Positions 44,908 through 49,619 of a stretch of 49,619 nucleotides of DNA are shown one piece after another (position 1 is the stretch's first letter; each line of letters starts with the position of its first letter). A program made the translations under genes and the position numbers. Source of the DNA: a bacterium. Lineage in GTDB: Bacteria; CLD3; SB21. Where the stretch lies: NCBI GenBank assembly GCA_031402315.1, contig JANNSF010000248.1:1-49619 (forward strand), read 5' to 3'. The notes below the pieces were generated by a model. The model made no database searches. It was not told the origin of the DNA and was given only the letters and a program-made list of their open reading frames with translations.

Positions 44908-47730
44908 TTAGATATCTGTGGCGATCAAAATAATGGGTTCATGTTTCCAATTTCGTTTGTCCAAACGATACGATTGCCGCAGGCCAAGTCCTATTTCTAT
45001 CGGCATATTAAACAAGTGCAGATTGCAAATCAATTCATTCCCCCATGAACGGTAGTTTTGCTCAAAAGTTCTGCGTCCGGAGTAGGTTCCGATGCCGTAA
45101 TCACAAAATGGAACAGCATAAAATCGTTTGAAGTACATAAAAAGCAGATTCACGTCGGGATACCAAAACGGAATCGTGTAATTCGCTGAAACCTTCCACA
45201 GACGATCGTTATAGACCCATTTGTATCCCCTTGGAAATAAGAGTGTATTCACAAAACGATAATTTGAACCCTTCGGTTGTCTTTCGAAATTGCCTTGAAA
45301 CCACAAATTCTGACGTCGAAAAAAGCCGGGAAAAAATGTATTTCCTTCGATGGCGATTTGTTTTCCGATATAGTCTCCGCCCAAAGGTGTATGGCTATAG
45401 CTGACACTAAGTGACTGACCAAGATAGGGATATATGTAACCGTAGGCCGACGTGCTCCGTGCCGCACGAAGGCTGTATTGAACAGGAAAAAATTTTCCAT
45501 TGTTGGCTTCTTTGGAAAAAATCGCGTCCTGATTTGATACATGAGCCACACGACCGGATAGCCCAAATTCAATCGTTGTTCGGTACGAATCTTTTGTAAG
45601 ATTGAGCGGAATTCGAAATCCGTATTCTATGGATTTTTCAGTCCAGCCATAATTCTTTATTCTATTCGAGTCTGAGTAAGTCGAGGTTCGTGCACCATAA
45701 TATCCGCCAAGTTTCATAATAGGAAAAAGCCCGGCGTACTCCCCCACCACGCCAATTCCTTGCGTTCCCCTTTTTTGATCGTACAAACCTGTGGCCGAAA
45801 TCTGAGCCGTATTGAGTTTATTGGTGGATAGGATCGAAAGACCAATACCCCGTCCGTCGGAAAATGGATACCAGTCGTGAATATTAACAAGGTTGGCCAA
45901 AGGTGAATAGTTTTTTACCGGATATTTTATTTTAGGCACGCTGTCAAAATTTAACGGCCCATTTTCCTGGGTGACCAATGGATCAACGTAATTATCTTTT
46001 ACAAAGCCCGCCGTTGGGTCGACAGGTTTCCACAAATTTGTATCGATCTTCATTTTTGCAACGACATACCCGTCGGATGAATAGTCGTCAAAATAGATTT
46101 CGGAATCCGCGGGGAACGCATTAAATCCGCCCAGTTTGCGCGAAGTGACTTGTAGAATTTGTTTTGTTTGAAATTCGATCGCGTACACGTTATCAATTCC
46201 GGAATACGAGGCGTTAAAAAAAACGTAGTTTTTCCAGGATCGCGGATAACGAATTGTTTCCGCATGTGAATAGGGAAGTAAATCCTCAAACACTTGATTT
46301 TTGACGTCGTATACCGAAAGTGATTGCCCGTGAATCAAGTTTATACGAACCATAATTAACGAAAGATTATCATCGGACCATGTTGGTTGAATCAAATAGT
46401 CATCGCTCCGCGTATGGGACACTTCTTCACCGAGGGAGTTGAGAATTCTAAGGTAGCATTGATTGTTCTGATCAAATTCCACCGCTGCAATTTTTTGGCC
46501 GTCCGGCGACAATGCGGCGTAGACAAACCTCCGATCACGGGTGAGGGTTTGAATCTCACGTGTTTCTAAGTTCATTTTCTTAATAGCCCCGCCGGATTTG
46601 ATGCCCCAGCGTATATCCAATTCCGCATCAATCCATAACAATTGATCTTGCGCGACCGAAAAATAAGGATCGCCTACAGGTCTTACGAGAAATTCTTTCT
46701 TCCCATTTGATAAGAGTCGATAGTAGCCTGGACGTCCACTCCCGGCAAATTCGAAGAATACGATGGAACCGTCTAAGTTTTTTTGCGGCATGCCCGCATC
46801 AAGATTGAGATACCCGTCGTGATGGGAAAGGTGTGTCGCCGGCGTTTCTACTATAGAATCGGCTTGCTTTTTCCATCGCCCGGACATTTCCATCCGCATC
46901 GCTTCAAAGGTTGACACTTCGCCTTTTCCTGTTGTAGACTTCATCGCACGTGTGAAAGCATACGCAAAAGGAAATGACGTGTAGCGATCAATAATTCGTG
47001 ACCACGCTTCGGCTCCATTCTCTCTCTTGACATACGTCGTCATCAAGTATCCGAGTGGATAGGGATCCATCGGATAACGTTTATACGATCCGAGAAGCCA
47101 ATTATAATAGTCCCGATTTTCGCCCGATACGATCGCCGCACGAAGAGGAAGCGTAAAAGAAGGTAATCGGCCACGACCACTTTGAGTCAGTGCCGTTTCT
47201 TGTCCAACCGCATCACCCTCCCAGAACCAGGGTGGCGTCGTAAAAAAAGTCACCACGCTTTCACCCGATTCACCGAGAATGGTGTATATCAACATGACAA
47301 ATCGTTTGTGAAATTTATCTAACTGTACGACGTGACGGAATTCATGAGTTCCTAGTAGAGTATACCAATCGGCAGTTCCTGAAAACTCGGCTTGAGGCGG
47401 TGTGTTGTACCATTCACTCTTACGTGGCGCGAGCTGAACAAAAGCGTTGGATACGGTGTTTTGATTTTGAAGAATAACAGTAATGCGAGAAGGTTTCTGA
47501 CCCAATGTTTTAGAATTCGGCAGATATACAAATTCCAGAATATTTGCAACACGCTGGGCGTCCTTCTCAATTTCATCCGGAAATACGATTTCAAAATGTT
47601 CTGTGGTTATTACTTGAAAATGAAGAGAAGGTGGATTTTGATAAGGTGAGATGGTGAAAAGCTGTGCAAAAACGTTTTGTCCCAATAAAATAATAACTAT
47701 GAGGCGCGCTAGCGGAGAGTCAACGCGCAT
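44908..47730 (-). CDS. Outer-membrane protein: gluzincin-like metallopeptidase + TolB/WD40-like beta-propeller + Omp85-like barrel
   Basis: Signal peptide from ATG 47730, TEHFEIVF, HEFRH...WFWEGDAV, SPDGQKIA/PTWSDD propeller blades, C-terminal PRGY motif and amphipathic strands. Confidence 0.75.
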   Translation of the reverse strand: MRVDSPLARLIVIILLGQNVFAQLFTISPYQNPPSLHFQVITTEHFEIVFPDEIEKDAQRVANILEFVYLPNSKTLGQKPSRITVILQNQNTVSNAFVQLAPRKSEWYNTPPQAEFSGTADWYTLLGTHEFRHVVQLDKFHKRFVMLIYTILGESGESVVTFFTTPPWFWEGDAVGQETALTQSGRGRLPSFTLPLRAAIVSGENRDYYNWLLGSYKRYPMDPYPLGYLMTTYVKRENGAEAWSRIIDRYTSFPFAYAFTRAMKSTTGKGEVSTFEAMRMEMSGRWKKQADSIVETPATHLSHHDGYLNLDAGMPQKNLDGSIVFFEFAGSGRPGYYRLLSNGKKEFLVRPVGDPYFSVAQDQLLWIDAELDIRWGIKSGGAIKKMNLETREIQTLTRDRRFVYAALSPDGQKIAAVEFDQNNQCYLRILNSLGEEVSHTRSDDYLIQPTWSDDNLSLIMVRINLIHGQSLSVYDVKNQVFEDLLPYSHAETIRYPRSWKNYVFFNASYSGIDNVYAIEFQTKQILQVTSRKLGGFNAFPADSEIYFDDYSSDGYVVAKMKIDTNLWKPVDPTAGFVKDNYVDPLVTQENGPLNFDSVPKIKYPVKNYSPLANLVNIHDWYPFSDGRGIGLSILSTNKLNTAQISATGLYDQKRGTQGIGVVGEYAGLFPIMKLGGYYGARTSTYSDSNRIKNYGWTEKSIEYGFRIPLNLTKDSYRTTIEFGLSGRVAHVSNQDAIFSKEANNGKFFPVQYSLRAARSTSAYGYIYPYLGQSLSVSYSHTPLGGDYIGKQIAIEGNTFFPGFFRRQNLWFQGNFERQPKGSNYRFVNTLLFPRGYKWVYNDRLWKVSANYTIPFWYPDVNLLFMYFKRFYAVPFCDYGIGTYSGRRTFEQNYRSWGNELICNLHLFNMPIEIGLGLRQSYRLDKRNWKHEPIILIATDI

Positions 47731-49285
47731 AGACTTCCTCCCCTGCGATAAACATCCGCTCAACGTATAGATTGGGAATCTCTTCCGGCGCTATTGCAAA
47801 TATATCCTCTGACAATATCATAAAATCTGCGGCTTTTCCGGGTTCCAGCGTTCCCTTTAATTTTTCCTCCCCGGTTGCATAGGCCGCGCCAACCGTATAG
47901 GCGTGAATTATTTCCTTCAAATCCATGGATTCTTCGGGATACCACGATTCTAAATCGCCACGACGGGTTCGCTTAAGCGCGGCGTAAATGCCATCAAAGA
48001 CATTACACGTCTCGATGGGCACGTCGGACCCTAACGCGACCGTCGCACCGGATTGAAGCAGCGAGCGGAAAGGATACGCATACCTCGCCCGGGCTCCCCA
48101 ATATTTATTTGCTGAATCAATATCTTCCGGAATGTGAATTGCCTGCATCGACGCAATGACATTAAGCTCTGCAAAACGCGGAATATCGGTCGGATGAATG
48201 ATTTGGGCATGTTCAATACGCTGACGCAAACTGTTATTACGGAAACTGCTTTTAGCTTTTTCAAATGCGTTGAGTGCTTTGCGATTCGCGCCATCGCCAA
48301 TCGCGTGAATGGCGCAAGCGATATCAGATTCTGCCGCGCGCAGAACGAAATCGTCGGCGTCCTTTTGTGAAATTATTTCGGTACCGTGATTGGATGAACC
48401 TTCAAACGGTTCCAGCATATGCGCTGTTTGCGAACCAAGAGTACCGTCCAGAAAAATTTTCATTCCTGCAAAAATCAAAGTCTCGTCACCGGATCCGCTT
48501 TTCATTCCAAGTTTAATAGCGTCCTCCAGATACCGTATGGGCCAATAAAAAGCGACGCGTAATTTGAGTTCCTGATTTTGATGCAAGAACTGATACGCCT
48601 CCCAATCCTCCATCGTCTCCATACAGCCAACGCCCGATAAACCGTTTTGAAATGCGAGATGTTGCCCCGCTCGAAGTGATTCAACACGTGATTTTACCGA
48701 GTCTGCGCCCATGACGTTCCAGATTAATTGGCGCGCTTCTTCCTTGATAATCCCTGTAGGCTGACCGGAATGATCCTTAACAATTTCACCCGTATTATTC
48801 CACGTTGAAAGCGATGTGATTCCTGCCATTTCGAGCGCTTTCGAATTGCACCAAGCGGAATGGTAATCACGCGCATCAAGGCAAATCGGATGTTCCTTGG
48901 AAATTTCATCGAGATCATGATGCGTCGGATAGTGAGACGGGTCCCACAAATTATGATTCCATCCACTCCCTTTAATCCAACCTCCAGCAGGAATTTTCTT
49001 CACATGCGCTCTAATTTTTTCCAAACATAGTTGCGCGGACATCAAACCATTGAGATCAATTTGATTTTGTTTGATGCAATACGATAAAAAATGGGTGTGA
49101 GCATCAATAAACGTCGGTAAGACAAGTTTTTTCTGCAAATCTATTTTCCGAGCTTTTGGAAATTGGGCACTAATCTCAATTGTCGACCCGCAGCCTTTTA
49201 TTTTTCCATTCGCTACGGCAATGGATTCGACGAGCGCACCTTGGCCGACATAAATAATTCCATTTTCGTAGACTGTCATATCCAT
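47720..49285 (-). CDS. Amidohydrolase-3 family (YtcJ-like) metal-dependent hydrolase
   Basis: FIDAHTH, KIFLDGTLGS.TA, IHAIGD.AN, RIEHAQ, GSDVP, LEPGKAADF. Confidence 0.93.
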   Translation of the reverse strand: MDMTVYENGIIYVGQGALVESIAVANGKIKGCGSTIEISAQFPKARKIDLQKKLVLPTFIDAHTHFLSYCIKQNQIDLNGLMSAQLCLEKIRAHVKKIPAGGWIKGSGWNHNLWDPSHYPTHHDLDEISKEHPICLDARDYHSAWCNSKALEMAGITSLSTWNNTGEIVKDHSGQPTGIIKEEARQLIWNVMGADSVKSRVESLRAGQHLAFQNGLSGVGCMETMEDWEAYQFLHQNQELKLRVAFYWPIRYLEDAIKLGMKSGSGDETLIFAGMKIFLDGTLGSQTAHMLEPFEGSSNHGTEIISQKDADDFVLRAAESDIACAIHAIGDGANRKALNAFEKAKSSFRNNSLRQRIEHAQIIHPTDIPRFAELNVIASMQAIHIPEDIDSANKYWGARARYAYPFRSLLQSGATVALGSDVPIETCNVFDGIYAALKRTRRGDLESWYPEESMDLKEIIHAYTVGAAYATGEEKLKGTLEPGKAADFMILSEDIFAIAPEEIPNLYVERMFIAGEEVYAR

Positions 49286-49342
49286 ATTTGACGACTAATT
49301 TTTTTTGAAGTTATCTAAAACAAGGTGAATTCGCAAAAACTC

Positions 49343-49379
49343 AAAAAAAAGCCGTCACGCCTCATTGGCGTGACAGCTT
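49343..49379 (-). terminator. Intrinsic terminator after the probable ftsZ
   Basis: AAGCTGTCACGCC-loop-GGCGTGACGGCTT followed by a T run on the minus strand. Confidence 0.8.
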
Positions 49380-49430
49380 GACCCTGTCTTTTGAGAGAAA
49401 GACGTGAATTTATTTATTAGAAATCTTGAA

Positions 49431-49619
49431 CTACTGCTTCTTCATCTTGGCGTGATTTCGCAAAAATGTCGGAATGTTTCTTTCGTCCAACGCATCCGTG
49501 CCGGTTTGCAGGTAGTCGTCGCTGTCGATGTCCAGCTGTACACTGGCTTCTTCATTGCGCAAGATCGCCGGTTTATCCAAATTAGAATAGCTGTTCTGTT
49601 TCAATTCCTTCAGTTTGTC
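49431..49619 (-). CDS. ftsZ: 3' fragment of probable cell division protein FtsZ (partial at window edge)
   Basis: My translation: DKLKELKQNSYSNLDKPAILRNEEASVQLDIDSDDYLQTGTDALDERNIPTFLRNHAKMKKQ*. This is an acidic linker plus the FtsZ C-terminal core peptide IPTFLR. Confidence 0.7.
   Translation of the reverse strand, partial: DKLKELKQNSYSNLDKPAILRNEEASVQLDIDSDDYLQTGTDALDERNIPTFLRNHAKMKKQ

Overview
Bacterial chromosomal window from a diderm organism (lpxA, TonB-dependent receptor, Omp85-type protein). The gene families are FCB-group-like, but Shine-Dalgarno sites and TTGACA-type promoters are used, so it is probably not Bacteroidia. From left to right: (1) a large secreted Ser/Thr-rich tandem-repeat surface protein, broken by an ~85-bp inverted segment plus an apparent deletion, downstream of a NarL-type response regulator and a CHASE4/PAS kinase with a 1-bp frameshift; (2) rpmG followed by a four-Cys DUF4295/bL38-like protein, cdsA, an orphan peptide-binding lipoprotein, an M23 peptidase, and zwf and gnd; (3) a ~21.5-kb run of 28 minus-strand genes (13917-35406) with 5 DinB/YfiT, 4 EamA, 4 GNAT domains, 2 MOSC, 2 methyltransferases, PhzF, PaiB, ACT, PLP enzymes and pdxS/pdxT. 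Its 17-gene right half starts behind a TAGTCCA repeat array and ends in a MocR-type regulator; (4) a CsgG-like protein, purN, a PAS-LuxR/TonB receptor divergon with a perfect 18-bp palindrome, a RamB/ScfR-like regulator, a degenerate HATPase-like protein with lpxA, an amidohydrolase/metallo-Omp85/thioredoxin/ABC-2 operon, and the probable 3' end of ftsZ. I saw no rRNA, tRNA, CRISPR array, integrase or transposase. Four genes carry lesions, which could be real decay or assembly errors. All calls come from motif recognition by eye; no searches were run.
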